Assembly (NCBI GenBank): GCA_964493765.1
Contig: CAZBPK010000022.1
Coordinates: forward strand, 9,958-73,957
Length of the DNA: 64,000 nucleotides
Source of the DNA: an uncultured Bacteroidia bacterium
GTDB taxonomy: Bacteria; Bacteroidota; Bacteroidia; J057; CALLMJ01
Direction: 5' to 3'
The notes under the pieces are model-generated. The model saw only the letters and a program-made list of their open reading frames with translations, was not told the DNA's origin and did not search any database. Of the stretch, positions 38,135 through 48,900 are shown piece after piece. Positions within the stretch are counted from its first letter, which is position 1; every line of letters begins with the position of its first letter. A program made the translations under genes and the position numbers.

Positions 38135-40771
38135 TTAAGGCTCAGGAACCGTAGTAAAATAAATATTATTATTCCCTAATTGTACTAAATCAAAATCTTC
38201 TGCATTTACATAACCATCTAAGTTTAGGTCTTCTCTAAGATATTTTCTATCTGGTAATTGGTCCACTTTACTGGATATCACAAAGAAGTCAGAAGCATTC
38301 GTTTCATAATAATCTAAATTAGGAAAATCCTCGGTTGCATTTCCTAAATATAAAGCATATTGATCAGGACCAGAACTATATTGGTAAGCAGTAGCATCCA
38401 TGATATTAGTAATATCCGTAAAATCAATAACCGTAGTTTCAGTGTTATGAGCAAAATTAATTGAACTTGATGTCATAACAGGTAAATGATTTCTGTGTTT
38501 AATTACCATATAACCTGTTCCTGAATTTCTATGAATGAACCTTAAAAAATTGGAGCCAGAGAGACTCTTAATAGAACCATCTTTCATTAACCAAGCCCAT
38601 TGAGAATCCATCACGGTATAGCTAGAAGTGTTATTATTTCTAATTTCCACTTGAATAATATCCACAGCCCCAACAGGAGCCTTATAGGAAGTCTGAATTA
38701 TGCCAGAACCAATCAAAGAGTCTAACATATAAGAAGAACTCAAATAAGTAGTCATTTCTTCTGGTTGAGAAAGTTTTTGAATGATTCTTAAATTATCTAT
38801 CAAAGGTGCAGGAATAGTGTTATCCGTAATGTTAGGAGCTCCCCAATTCACCTTATATCCGAAACGTATAGGAGTACTTCCTTTAATAAATCCGGGGAAA
38901 TTTGTAGAATTAAGCTCTAATCTAAATCGTTCCCATCTTCCCTCTGTAGGAGGAGTTGCGGCTAATGCAAGATCATTCCAAGTACCACCACCATTTACAG
39001 AATACTGGAATACCAAATAATTAGAAGCATTCCCAATGTATAAGTATTCAAATTCTACATAATATTTTTCAGAAGCAGAAAAAGAAATAGGTACATCAGC
39101 ATTCATAGTTGCGGTTCTATTACCGGAACCGGAATTTGCCCATCGGTTAGTATTACCCAGATTGTTCACACAAGCTAAACCATAAAAAGCAAACCTCCAA
39201 GGTCTACTTGTTACTACTATAGAACTGGAATCCGCTTGTGTCAAAAATTTCATAGCACCTCCTGGAGTATTCCAATCTGCAGGACTAAACGAAGTTTGTT
39301 CCCATAGAACCTTAGTACTATCCATTAAGGCACCTTGAAGCATAGCATTCAAATTAATTCTACCATCTTTGGCATAGCCTAAGCGTATATAGTATTTGGT
39401 GCCTTCTAAGGCTTCATCTACTTCCACAGTTCCATCAGAAATAATACCCGAATGAGTGAGTGTATAATTTTCATCGGTAGTGTAAGGTCCACTTAGGTTA
39501 GTAGAAAAAGCCACTCTTGTAGAATCTACGTTATACACGTCATCCCCTGCTTTAAAACTAATTTTCGTTTTTTTAGGAAACCCAAAAGTTCCTATATTCT
39601 CTGTTCTAACTTCCCAGTATCCAAGTGTAGAAACCGAGTCCAAAACATTGGATACAAAAGTGGGAGTATCCTTCTCTCTCCTATATCTAATAGTATAATG
39701 TAAATCTCCATTATCTAAAATAATGGGTCTATAAAGACCTTTGTTTCCTGTTGGGAAAAGTCGGTCAGTGATATTCGCATAATATTTTATAGGTGCATCC
39801 ACAAAGCCATCGTTACTAGCAATAGGATTATTGGAAGTAGTTAGGTTAATGGGAAATCGTTGGGCACTGGTTTTCAAGATACCCTTTGCAAAATGTAGCC
39901 TATCAGTAATCTTTAAAAAAGAATCTACTAAGACCGTTGTAAGGGGGGAAAATTTATCCACATAAAAAGTTCCAATGGAATTTACAGGAGCCTGAAACGT
40001 TTGAGGTTTATCCCCCCTAAATCTTATGGAATCCGCCGAAGAAGAAAAATAATCGCCTAAGCTCATAAAATCAGAGCCATTATCTAAAATAAAACTCCCT
40101 GAACTATATATACTAGAAAAATTATTACCCTTGTAATCCGCATTCTTCAAGTATAAAACCGCATTATTGCTTATAGAAAGCGTTGTACTTATATTAGTAA
40201 TATCCCAATCACTTGTAACAATAGCAAAATTGTCTATACCACAGCTGTTTCTTTGAGTAGGAATAACTATGGTTACTATGTCCAGTACAAAACGGAAATA
40301 AACATTAGCCCCAGGTGTAAAACCCGTTAAATCTGTTACAGGAAAACTCACTGTTTTCCACTTCGTAGACATTGGCAAATTGCTTAAAGTATACCAAGTA
40401 GAATTATCATAACTATATTCAATGAGTAAAGCATCAGCAGAAGGTCTTGCAAGGCTAGCATAATTAAATTTGATTTTGTATCCTGTTGAAGGAATAGTAA
40501 TAGGGGAATTCATACTAATGGTTGTCGTATTAGCTGTAAGACCAATTTCATATAAAGGATTTGAATTACAAGCAGTGCAGCTCACGAGTATACATTTTCC
40601 TTCCACACCAAAAATAGAATCGTTCCCGAATTCATTAATCCATCGGTTATTCCCAGTAAAAGAAACTGTCCAATCGGTTATATTTTCAAAATCTTCATTG
40701 TAAAGGTATTGTGCATACAAACCCTTACCTAGAAAAAGAAAAAGCAAAGAAAAGCGTAATATATAAAGCAT
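38135..40771 (-). CDS. Large secreted surface protein with a dockerin/EF-hand-like C-terminus
   Basis: Signal peptide MLYILRFSLLFLFLGKGLYAQ from ATG 40771 (the track start is TTG). Two similar N-terminal-type modules (EDFENITDWT... / ...ADWNTPGGAM..., choice-of-anchor-J-like). C-terminal DLNLDGYVNAEDFDLV Ca-binding-like repeat. Confidence 0.6.
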   Translation of the reverse strand: MLYILRFSLLFLFLGKGLYAQYLYNEDFENITDWTVSFTGNNRWINEFGNDSIFGVEGKCILVSCTACNSNPLYEIGLTANTTTISMNSPITIPSTGYKIKFNYASLARPSADALLIEYSYDNSTWYTLSNLPMSTKWKTVSFPVTDLTGFTPGANVYFRFVLDIVTIVIPTQRNSCGIDNFAIVTSDWDITNISTTLSISNNAVLYLKNADYKGNNFSSIYSSGSFILDNGSDFMSLGDYFSSSADSIRFRGDKPQTFQAPVNSIGTFYVDKFSPLTTVLVDSFLKITDRLHFAKGILKTSAQRFPINLTTSNNPIASNDGFVDAPIKYYANITDRLFPTGNKGLYRPIILDNGDLHYTIRYRREKDTPTFVSNVLDSVSTLGYWEVRTENIGTFGFPKKTKISFKAGDDVYNVDSTRVAFSTNLSGPYTTDENYTLTHSGIISDGTVEVDEALEGTKYYIRLGYAKDGRINLNAMLQGALMDSTKVLWEQTSFSPADWNTPGGAMKFLTQADSSSIVVTSRPWRFAFYGLACVNNLGNTNRWANSGSGNRTATMNADVPISFSASEKYYVEFEYLYIGNASNYLVFQYSVNGGGTWNDLALAATPPTEGRWERFRLELNSTNFPGFIKGSTPIRFGYKVNWGAPNITDNTIPAPLIDNLRIIQKLSQPEEMTTYLSSSYMLDSLIGSGIIQTSYKAPVGAVDIIQVEIRNNNTSSYTVMDSQWAWLMKDGSIKSLSGSNFLRFIHRNSGTGYMVIKHRNHLPVMTSSSINFAHNTETTVIDFTDITNIMDATAYQYSSGPDQYALYLGNATEDFPNLDYYETNASDFFVISSKVDQLPDRKYLREDLNLDGYVNAEDFDLVQLGNNNIYFTTVPEP

Positions 40772-40909
40772 AGATTCTTTTTGTTGCAATAATAATAAGA
40801 AAATTTGAATTTTCAAAATTCTTTATTAAAAAAAGTAAAAATAAAATTTAGCTAGGGACATGAAACTTATTCACAAATTATTATGTAATTTTGCAAAAAT
40901 GAATTCAGA

Positions 40910-43900
40910 ATGTTAGTTAATACAATACAAACTATTCCTTATAAGTCTTTAAACAAGATTCGAATTGTTACTGCGGCATCTTTATTTGATGGACATGATG
41001 CAAGTATCAACATCATGAGAAGAATTTTGCAAAGTTCTGGTGCTGAAGTAATACATTTAGGTCATAATCGTTCTGTGGCAGAAATTGTAAATTGTGCTAT
41101 TCAAGAAGATGCTCAGGCTATTGCAATTACTTCCTATCAAGGTGGGCATGTAGAATACCTAAAATACATGTATGACCTACTCAAAGAAAAGGGTGCTGGG
41201 CATATTAAGATTTTTGCTGGAGGAGGAGGCACTATCCTGCCATCTGAAATTGAAGAACTTCATCAGTACGGAATTACAAGAATTTATCACCCTGATGATG
41301 GTAGAGCATTAGGCTTGCAAGGTATGATTAACGACTTACTTCAAAAATCCGATTTTTCTACCATTTCCTCCCTAAACGGTGAATTAAAATCCTTAAAGCC
41401 ACAAAATACCCTTGCGATTGCTAAACTCTTAACTCTAGTAGAAAACCCCAATGAAAATACTCCTCAAATTCTTCAAAATATTGAAAACCAAATTCAAACA
41501 CAAAATAAAACTATACCCGTTTTAGGGATTACAGGTACAGGCGGAGCAGGAAAATCTTCTTTAACCGATGAGTTAGTTCGTAGATATTTAAGAAATTATC
41601 CCAACAAAACTTTAGCCATTATTTCTGTTGACCCCACCAAAAGAAAAACAGGAGGTGCTTTACTTGGGGATAGAATTAGAATGAACGCTATCCATCACCC
41701 TAATGTTTATATGCGTTCTTTTGCTACCCGAGAAGCCAATTTATCAGTGAATAGGCATATTCAAGATGCCATAAAAGTTTTGAAAGCCGCAGGTTTTGAT
41801 TTAATTATCGTAGAATCAGCAGGTATTGGACAATCGGATTCTCAAATTACTGAGTTTGCTGACGTAGCTTTATACGTTATGACTCCTGAATTTGGTGCCG
41901 CTACTCAATTAGAAAAAATTGATATGTTGGATTTTGCTGATATCGTTGCTATTAATAAATTTGACAAAAAAGGAGCTTTAGATGCACTTCGTGATGTCAA
42001 AAAACAATATCAAAGAAATCATCAATTATTTTCTACTCCCGTAGAGCAGATGCCTGTTTTTGGTACGATGGCTTCTCAATTCAATGACCCCGGTGTCAAT
42101 CAACTTTTTGCAAATTTAATCAAAACTATCAACTCCAAATTCAATGTTGATTTCCCTATTACTCAACACATTGAAAATATACTTTCCGAAAAAATTTATA
42201 TTATCCCACCGCATAGAGCAAGATATTTAGCAGAAATTGCCGAAGAATCTGAAAGATATGATGGTCAAGTTCAACAACAGTCTTTTATTGCTTCAAAAGC
42301 CTATCAACTTTTTGGCACTATTGAATACTTAATGTCTCAAAATATTGAAGCTTCAATCATTGATAAAATTCAAAAAGAATACGAAGAAGTCTATGGCAAA
42401 CTTACTCAAGAATCCCGAAAATTACTAGAAACTTGGGAAGAAAGAAAAGCAAGATTCACAAAACCAGAATATTCTTATTTCGTTCGTGGAAAAGAAATTA
42501 AAGTAAAAAATTTCACAGAGTCTTTATCTCACTTACAAATTCCTAAAATTGCTGTACCAAAATTTAAAGACTGGGGCGATATATTACGATGGAATTACCA
42601 AGAAAATTTCCCCGGAGAATTTCCTTATGCAGCAGGGGTATATCCTTACAAACGTACTAATGAAGACCCTACACGCATGTTTGCGGGGGAAGGTGGACCA
42701 GAAAGAACCAATAAACGATTCCATTATGTCTCTTTAGGAATGCCTGCAAAACGTTTAAGCACAGCGTTTGATTCCGTAACTTTATACGGTGAAAATCCTG
42801 ATTTCCGCCCCGATATCTACGGAAAAATTGGAAACTCAGGAGTTTCCATTGCTTGTTTAGACGATGCCAAAAAGTTATATTCAGGATTTGATTTATGTGA
42901 CCCTGCCACTTCCGTTTCTATGACCATCAATGGACCCGCTCCCATGCTCCTTGCCTTCTTTATGAATACCGCTATTGACCAACAATGCGAAAAATATATT
43001 AAACAAAACGGACTAGAAGAACAAGTTAATAAAAAAATTGCAGAAATTTATTTTGACAAATGGTGCTTTTTGCAGTTTGAGGGTAATGCAGGTGGTAGAG
43101 TAGAATGGAATAAAAAAAACATGAAGCCAGTCGTGCAAGCACCTAAAGCCTCACAATCTTACGGTAATTATGATATTGAAGAGATATCTCCTGAGTTTTG
43201 GAAAGCGGATATGAACCTAATACATTGGAGAGAACTTAATATCCCTCAATTTATTTACGATTTACTTCCTAAATATCATGGTAAACTCCCCGAAGGAAAC
43301 AATGGTTTAGGATTGTTATTACTCGGCGTTACAGGCGACCAAGTTCTCCCCAAAGAAATTTATGACAAAATCAAAGCAGAAGCCATTAGCGTTGTTCGGG
43401 GAACCGTCCAAGCCGATATATTAAAAGAAGACCAAGCGCAAAATACTTGCATTTTTTCTACTGAGTTCGCACTTCGTATGATGGGAGATATCCAAGAATG
43501 CTTTATCCAAAACAAAGTACGTAATTTTTATTCCGTTTCTATATCTGGCTACCATATCGCAGAAGCAGGGGCTAATCCTATTACCCAATTAGCACTCACT
43601 CTTTCTAATGGATTTACTTTTGTTGAATACTATTTAGCTCGTGGCATGCATATTGATGATTTTGCTCCGAATTTATCCTTTTTCTTTTCTAATGGTATGG
43701 ACCCAGAATATTCCGTAATAGGAAGAGTAGCAAGAAGAATTTGGGCTAAAGCCATGAAAAATAAATACGGCGCCAATGAACGCTCACAAATGTTAAAATA
43801 CCATATCCAAACCTCCGGACGCTCCCTCCATGCACAGGAAATCGATTTCAACGATATTCGTACTACTTTACAAGCACTTTATGCTATTTATGATAATTGT

Positions 43901-44497
43901 AACTCCTTACATACTAATGCTTATGACGAAGCAATCACTACCCCAACCGAAGAGTCCGTTCGTAGAGCCATGGCTATACAATTAATCATCAATAAAGAAC
44001 TAGGATTAGCCAAAAATGAAAATCCCCTACAAGGCTCTTTTATTATTGAAGAATTGACCGACCTCGTGGAGGAAGCCGTTTTAATGGAATTTAAACGTAT
44101 CTCTGAACGCGGCGGCGTACTAGGTGCCATGGAAACCATGTATCAACGCAATAAAATTCAAGAAGAATCTTTATATTACGAAACCCTCAAACATACTGGT
44201 GAATATCCTATCATCGGTGTAAATACCTTCCTAAGTAAAAACGGCTCGCCAACTATTATCCCCGCAGAAGTCATTCGTTCTACTGAAGAAGAGAAACTAC
44301 AACAAATCCAAAATATTCAAAGACTTCATAATATCATGGAAAAAGAATCCCAAGAAGCACTAAAAAAACTTCAAGAAGTCGCTTTAAAAAATGGTAACAT
44401 ATTTGAAGAACTCATGGAAACCGCAAAAGTTTGTTCCTTAGGACAAATTTCACAAGCCCTTTATGAAGTAGGCGGGCAATACAGAAGAAATATGTAA
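40910..44497 (+). CDS. icmF: Fused isobutyryl-CoA mutase-type enzyme (B12-binding domain + MeaB-like GTPase + acyl-CoA mutase catalytic domain; IcmF-like)
   Basis: B12 motif [11 protein letters not shown]...GHNRS, P-loop [13 protein letters not shown] with the NKFD G4 motif, and mutase core [24 protein letters not shown]...[11 protein letters not shown]. The domain order equals IcmF. Confidence 0.85.
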   Translation: MLVNTIQTIPYKSLNKIRIVTAASLFDGHDASINIMRRILQSSGAEVIHLGHNRSVAEIVNCAIQEDAQAIAITSYQGGHVEYLKYMYDLLKEKGAGHIKIFAGGGGTILPSEIEELHQYGITRIYHPDDGRALGLQGMINDLLQKSDFSTISSLNGELKSLKPQNTLAIAKLLTLVENPNENTPQILQNIENQIQTQNKTIPVLGITGTGGAGKSSLTDELVRRYLRNYPNKTLAIISVDPTKRKTGGALLGDRIRMNAIHHPNVYMRSFATREANLSVNRHIQDAIKVLKAAGFDLIIVESAGIGQSDSQITEFADVALYVMTPEFGAATQLEKIDMLDFADIVAINKFDKKGALDALRDVKKQYQRNHQLFSTPVEQMPVFGTMASQFNDPGVNQLFANLIKTINSKFNVDFPITQHIENILSEKIYIIPPHRARYLAEIAEESERYDGQVQQQSFIASKAYQLFGTIEYLMSQNIEASIIDKIQKEYEEVYGKLTQESRKLLETWEERKARFTKPEYSYFVRGKEIKVKNFTESLSHLQIPKIAVPKFKDWGDILRWNYQENFPGEFPYAAGVYPYKRTNEDPTRMFAGEGGPERTNKRFHYVSLGMPAKRLSTAFDSVTLYGENPDFRPDIYGKIGNSGVSIACLDDAKKLYSGFDLCDPATSVSMTINGPAPMLLAFFMNTAIDQQCEKYIKQNGLEEQVNKKIAEIYFDKWCFLQFEGNAGGRVEWNKKNMKPVVQAPKASQSYGNYDIEEISPEFWKADMNLIHWRELNIPQFIYDLLPKYHGKLPEGNNGLGLLLLGVTGDQVLPKEIYDKIKAEAISVVRGTVQADILKEDQAQNTCIFSTEFALRMMGDIQECFIQNKVRNFYSVSISGYHIAEAGANPITQLALTLSNGFTFVEYYLARGMHIDDFAPNLSFFFSNGMDPEYSVIGRVARRIWAKAMKNKYGANERSQMLKYHIQTSGRSLHAQEIDFNDIRTTLQALYAIYDNCNSLHTNAYDEAITTPTEESVRRAMAIQLIINKELGLAKNENPLQGSFIIEELTDLVEEAVLMEFKRISERGGVLGAMETMYQRNKIQEESLYYETLKHTGEYPIIGVNTFLSKNGSPTIIPAEVIRSTEEEKLQQIQNIQRLHNIMEKESQEALKKLQEVALKNGNIFEELMETAKVCSLGQISQALYEVGGQYRRNM

Positions 44498-44517
44498 GAC
44501 CTTTCTACACAAAACTC

Positions 44518-44549
44518 TGCCCAAAGTACCAAGATTCTTACTTTGGGCA
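44518..44549 (+). terminator. Stem-loop downstream of icmF (probable terminator)
   Basis: Perfect 11-bp stem TGCCCAAAGTA / TACTTTGGGCA with a 10-nt loop, followed by a weak T-tract (tcttta). Confidence 0.5.
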
Positions 44550-44594
44550 TCTTTAATTCAAAGAATTTGGCTATCATTGCATAAAGTTCGTTAT

Positions 44595-45566
44595 ATGAAA
44601 AACTATCTCAAAACCCTACTATGGATAAGCATTCTTTTACAGACTTCCTATATTTTTGGGCAAGACAAAAATGTACAAGAACTGTATAAGGCAATCCAAG
44701 AACTGAATAAGGACAAAGTAGAAAAATACGCCAAAAAGATTGGAAACCTCAGCAATTCAAATCTCAATGGAGAACCACCCTTAAATTATTTATTTTATAC
44801 TTATCGGGAATATTTTCCAGACAAAGGTATAGAAATCATTGAAATTCTTGTAAAATATGGGGCAAATCCGAATAGTGTATTCTTAGGTGCATACAATACA
44901 AAATCATATGCATTAGAAAGTGCATGCCATAGTGGAAATCCTCAAGCCGTAAAAAAATTGATAGATTTAGGTGCTAGTGTAAAAAATGGCTATCCTTTGC
45001 ATATAGCCGCTATCTGGAGAAGAGAAGAAGTCATTAAACTTTTAGTAGAAGAGTATGGAGTAAATGTAAATTCCGTTGATCAAAAAGGGGATACGCCGCT
45101 TATTTGTTCCGTACTTTATTATGATAAAAGCCAAATTTCCTTACCTATTGTACAATATCTCATTCAAAAAGGTAGTAATAAAAACGCTACAAATTCCAAA
45201 GGACAAACAGCATTAGATTTAGCCATCAAAAATGATAATTACCCCGTAATCAATTACTTGAAAAGTTTAGGAGTACAACAAAATACTACCTTTAATTATG
45301 AAAAAAATAACAAAAAACAAAAAACTTGTCCTAGATGCGGAGGAACAGGTAACGAAGAAGAACCGCTCAAAATTTATAGAGATTGTAACTGGTGCCAAGG
45401 AAAAGGCTATAAAGAAGTAAAAGACCAAGTTGTAGGGGCAAGCCAAATCGTAAAGTTTTATCAAAAAAATCCTTGTGTCAATTGTAAAGGAAGCGGTAAA
45501 GTATTTTCGCATACAGAAATACAAAAATGTATCCAATGTAAAGGAAATCGGTACATAGATGAATGA
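44595..45566 (+). CDS. Secreted ankyrin-repeat protein with a C-terminal DnaJ-type CxxCxGxG zinc-finger domain
   Basis: Signal peptide MKNYLKTLLWISILLQTSYIFGQ (ATG 44595; the track start is TTG). ANK repeats (GANPN, G.TPL..., GQTALDLAIKNDNYPVINYLKSLG). Four Cys pairs: CPRCGGTG, CNWCQGKG, CVNCKGSG, CIQCKGNR. Confidence 0.75.
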   Translation: MKNYLKTLLWISILLQTSYIFGQDKNVQELYKAIQELNKDKVEKYAKKIGNLSNSNLNGEPPLNYLFYTYREYFPDKGIEIIEILVKYGANPNSVFLGAYNTKSYALESACHSGNPQAVKKLIDLGASVKNGYPLHIAAIWRREEVIKLLVEEYGVNVNSVDQKGDTPLICSVLYYDKSQISLPIVQYLIQKGSNKNATNSKGQTALDLAIKNDNYPVINYLKSLGVQQNTTFNYEKNNKKQKTCPRCGGTGNEEEPLKIYRDCNWCQGKGYKEVKDQVVGASQIVKFYQKNPCVNCKGSGKVFSHTEIQKCIQCKGNRYIDE

Positions 45567-45716
45567 TGAAGAAACTCGTAGAAAATACTCACTAATGACC
45601 TTCGCTCAATGTATTCATTACATTAATTCAAAAAATGAGGTTCTTTGTTGTTTTATTTATTATATTTGCAGAAAAAACTTTTAAAGTAAAAAATTACAAT
45701 TTTAATTACATAAACA

Positions 45717-46958
45717 ATGAAACCCGAAAGTTTAATGATGAGTTACGGCTATAAGCCTGAACTTTCCGAAGGAGCAATAAAATGCCCTATTTTTCAGACC
45801 TCTACTTTTGTATTCAAAAGTGCAGAAGAAGGCAAAGCCTTTTTTGAAGTTGCTTATGGGCTAAGAAACCCCAAAGAAGGCGAAGAATTAGGCTTAATTT
45901 ATAGCCGAATCAACAACCCTGATTTAGAGATTCTAGAAAACCGTTTGACCCTTTGGGACGAAGCCGAAGATGGCGCTGTCTTTGAAAGTGGTATGGCGGC
46001 AATTACTACTGTTTTATTAGAGTTCTTAAATCCAGGGGATTTGTTACTTATTAGTAGCCCATTGTACGGAGGAAGCGACCATTTTATAAAAAAAGTTTTG
46101 CCTAAATTCGGCATTCAGGTAGCCCAGTTTAGAGCAGGGCAATCCCAAAACGAAATTATGGATATTGTCCAAAAAACAGGTAAAGCCGATAAATTGGCTC
46201 TCATTTATATTGAAACTCCCGCCAATCCTACTAATGACCTTATCGATATTGCCGCTAGTAAAGAAATCGCTAAACATTTTTCTACTGCAACGAAAGAAGT
46301 ATATCTTGCCGTAGATAACACCTACATGGGACCTATATGGCAACATCCCCTCAAACATGGAGCAGATTTAGTGCTATATTCTGCCACAAAATACATTGGC
46401 GGACATAGTGATGTTATTGCAGGTGCTTGTTTAGGCTCTCAAAAACTCCTTAAAAGAGTAAAAGCCTTACGTACTTTCTTAGGCAATATGGCTAGCCCCC
46501 ATACAGGTTGGTTATTGTTAAGAAGCTTAGAAACCCTCAAAGTACGAATGGACGCCCAAGCAAAAAACGCAGAAAAAGTAGCAGAATTCCTCAATCAACA
46601 CCCCAAAATAGAAAAAGTCTATTACCTCGGTAATCTTACATCAGAAAATAACCCCGAGCAATTCCGTATCAAACAAAAGCAATGTATTACTAATGGGGCA
46701 ATGATTTCTTTTGATATTAAAGGAACTGAAAAACAAGCGTTTGCATTTCTGAATGCTTTAAAACTGATTAAATTAGCCGTAAGCTTAGGAAGTACGGAAA
46801 GTCTTGCGGAACATCCTGCTACTATGACCCACGCTGACGTAGACCCAGACTTTAAAAAAGAAATTGGTATTACTGAAAAAATGATTCGCCTTTCTGTGGG
46901 CATAGAACATTATGAGGACCTTATACAGGATATAGCACAAGCCCTAGAAAAAGTATAA
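45717..46958 (+). CDS. Cys/Met-metabolism PLP-dependent enzyme (methionine gamma-lyase / cystathionine gamma-synthase family)
   Basis: 413 aa. PIFQTSTFVF and the PLP-lysine motif YSATKYIGGHSDV. Confidence 0.85.
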   Translation: MKPESLMMSYGYKPELSEGAIKCPIFQTSTFVFKSAEEGKAFFEVAYGLRNPKEGEELGLIYSRINNPDLEILENRLTLWDEAEDGAVFESGMAAITTVLLEFLNPGDLLLISSPLYGGSDHFIKKVLPKFGIQVAQFRAGQSQNEIMDIVQKTGKADKLALIYIETPANPTNDLIDIAASKEIAKHFSTATKEVYLAVDNTYMGPIWQHPLKHGADLVLYSATKYIGGHSDVIAGACLGSQKLLKRVKALRTFLGNMASPHTGWLLLRSLETLKVRMDAQAKNAEKVAEFLNQHPKIEKVYYLGNLTSENNPEQFRIKQKQCITNGAMISFDIKGTEKQAFAFLNALKLIKLAVSLGSTESLAEHPATMTHADVDPDFKKEIGITEKMIRLSVGIEHYEDLIQDIAQALEKV

Positions 46959-47076
46959 TAACTTGGTTCTTATGAACTCATACAACAAAAAAAACCAAGT
47001 CTGATACAAAACTTTGTCAAACCCTATTGAAAAAATGAGTATCTTTGTACTTGAAACTTGACTTCAACAAACCAAA

Positions 47077-47772
47077 ATGAGCAAAGTAATATCAGACAAG
47101 TCTATCAAAAGACGTGAGTATTGGATTGAAGAAATCCGAAAACTAAGCGGACACTTTGGTAACGATACAGAAAAATTAGAAAAAGAATTAGAAGCTGAAA
47201 TCAAGAAAAATGGAGTTTCTTCACTTATTGACCACTTGCGACCTTGCGGAAACATTCCTGAAAGTTACGGACACGACACAAGCGAAGAAAAACTCTATTC
47301 AAAATACACCGATTGTTTACTTTCATTAGCTTATTCAGCATTAGGACTTAAAAGTTTGGTGCTTAAAGAGCGAGCAGATGCGGCAGACGTTGAAGTTTAT
47401 GCAAAAGATTACAGCTTTGTTGCAGATGCCAAAGCATTCAGATTAAGTAGAACTGCAAAAAATCAAAAGGACTTTAAAGTTCAAGCAATGCACGGCTGGA
47501 AACGTGGCAAACCCTACTCAATGGTGGTTTGCCCGATTTATCATCAAGCAACGACATAAAATGTTTGTGTTTTCACCTACTCAAACCTCGCTTTACTACT
47601 TGCATACTCTGAAAAAGAAGAAGCCCTGACTTTCTTAGCACAAGAACAAGAAAAGATAATGCGAATGAGCCACAAGGAAGCATTGAAAGAGCTTATCAAA
47701 GTTCACAAGATTGAAAGTAGAATTAAAACTATCAGTGCAATTTCAGACAACGGACTGTTTACACTTAAATAA
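47077..47772 (+). pseudogene. Type II restriction endonuclease gene inactivated by an in-frame TAA (codon 161 of about 231)
   Basis: ORF 47077-47559 ends at TAA 47557-47559. The same frame continues open: NVCVFTYSNLALLLAYSEKEEALTFLAQEQEKIMRMSHKEALKELIKVHKIESRIKTISAISDNGLFTLK to TAA 47770-47772, 6 nt before the MTase ATG. PD-(D/E)xK-like D-x13-D-A-K (DVEVYAKDYSFVADAK). Confidence 0.6.
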
Positions 47773-47778
47773 AAGACA

Positions 47779-48612
47779 ATGGATAACTTTATAAATAAAA
47801 TAATTGAAGGCAACTGCGTAGAAGTAATGCGACAGTTTGACGATAATGTAATTGACCTTACAGTTACTTCACCGCCTTATGACGATTTGCGAAACTACAA
47901 AGGGTTTGTTTTCCCCTTTGAAGATATTGCAAAAGAACTTTACAGAGTTACAAAACCAGGTGGTGTAGTAGTTTGGGTTGTAAATGATGCAACAATTAAC
48001 GGCAACGAAACAGGCACGAGCTTTAAACAAGCATTATATTTTCAACAAATTGGTTTCAATCTTCACGATACAATGATTTTTCGTAAGACAAACCCAATAC
48101 CTCAAATCTATCGCAAACGATATAATAATGAATTTGAATATATGTTTGTGTTCAGTAAGGGAACTGTGAAAACACACAACCCAATTATGGTTGACTGTTT
48201 GCACGCAGGTTTGGAACTCAATGGAACGACTTACAAAAACTTTTCTAAAAATGAACAAGTGCGTGAAAAATTGGCTAAACCCGTAAAAGATAAAAAAATA
48301 AAAGGTAATATTTGGGAGTATGTAGTTGGCAAAAAACAAGAAGACCAAGAAGCGAAAGGACACCCAGCACCATTTCCTTGTCAACTTGTAAGAGACCATA
48401 TTACCTCTTGGACAAATCAAGGCGACTTAGTATTTGACCCTATGTGTGGAAGTGGCACGACACCACGAGTGGCGTGTGAAATGGGACGAAAATATATCGG
48501 TATTGACATAAGCCACGAATACTGCGAAATTGCTAAACAACGAGTTCAGCGAATTTTAGAAACACCAACTTTGTTCATACACAAACCATTTTCGGAATAT
48601 CGGCAGGTATAG
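47779..48612 (+). CDS. Beta-class DNA methyltransferase (N4-cytosine or N6-adenine; SPPY motif)
   Basis: Motif IV TSPPYDDLRNY lies N-terminal to motif I FDPMCGSGTT, which is the beta permutation. The ORF is intact. Confidence 0.88.
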   Translation: MDNFINKIIEGNCVEVMRQFDDNVIDLTVTSPPYDDLRNYKGFVFPFEDIAKELYRVTKPGGVVVWVVNDATINGNETGTSFKQALYFQQIGFNLHDTMIFRKTNPIPQIYRKRYNNEFEYMFVFSKGTVKTHNPIMVDCLHAGLELNGTTYKNFSKNEQVREKLAKPVKDKKIKGNIWEYVVGKKQEDQEAKGHPAPFPCQLVRDHITSWTNQGDLVFDPMCGSGTTPRVACEMGRKYIGIDISHEYCEIAKQRVQRILETPTLFIHKPFSEYRQV

Positions 48613-48776
48613 GATTTATCATTTTGTTTGGAGATAATAATGATGACAGAATAATTGCAAGTGCATTAGAAATTCAACGAGACAACCCTTCATCGGCTGT
48701 TTGTCTGGTGACAAGTGATATTAACTTGCAAAACAAAGCAGAAATGGCAAGACTAATATACTTTGACATTGAATAA
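48612..48776 (+). pseudogene. C-terminal remnant of a PIN-domain (PhoH/YacL-like PIN) gene
   Basis: The frame that overlaps the MTase 3' end reads GFIILFGDNNDDRIIASALEIQRDNPSSAVCLVTSDINLQNKAEMARLIYFDIE*. The pattern (N)D.RI.A.AL...(V.LVT.D.NL..KA) matches the last third of PIN domains. There is no start codon and no N-terminal part. Confidence 0.45.
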
Positions 48777-48807
48777 AATGATAAGAACTACTGGTGCTAA
48801 CAGCCGT

Positions 48808-48900
48808 TTTGCAAACTTGGAGATCTGTGCTTCTTTTCACGTTCAGTGCTGGTTGACAGTTTTGTCCTCCCAAATCCGCACAGAACTGCACATTTGCAAA
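48808..48900 (+). other. Imperfect 23-nt inverted repeat (19/23 complementary) with a 47-nt loop in a GC-rich non-coding spacer
   Basis: Left arm TTTGCAAACTTGGAGATCTGTGC (48808-48830) and right arm GCACAGAACTGCACATTTGCAAA (48878-48900), followed by a C/A-rich, G-poor tail (48901-48950). Confidence 0.5.

Noticed and set aside
45567-45716. Possible SAM riboswitch upstream of the methionine-metabolism PLP enzyme, and possible cobalamin riboswitch upstream of icmF (40817-40909).
   Set aside because: Both leaders are short and AT-rich. They have no paired GC-rich helices or conserved riboswitch core sequences that I could recognise.
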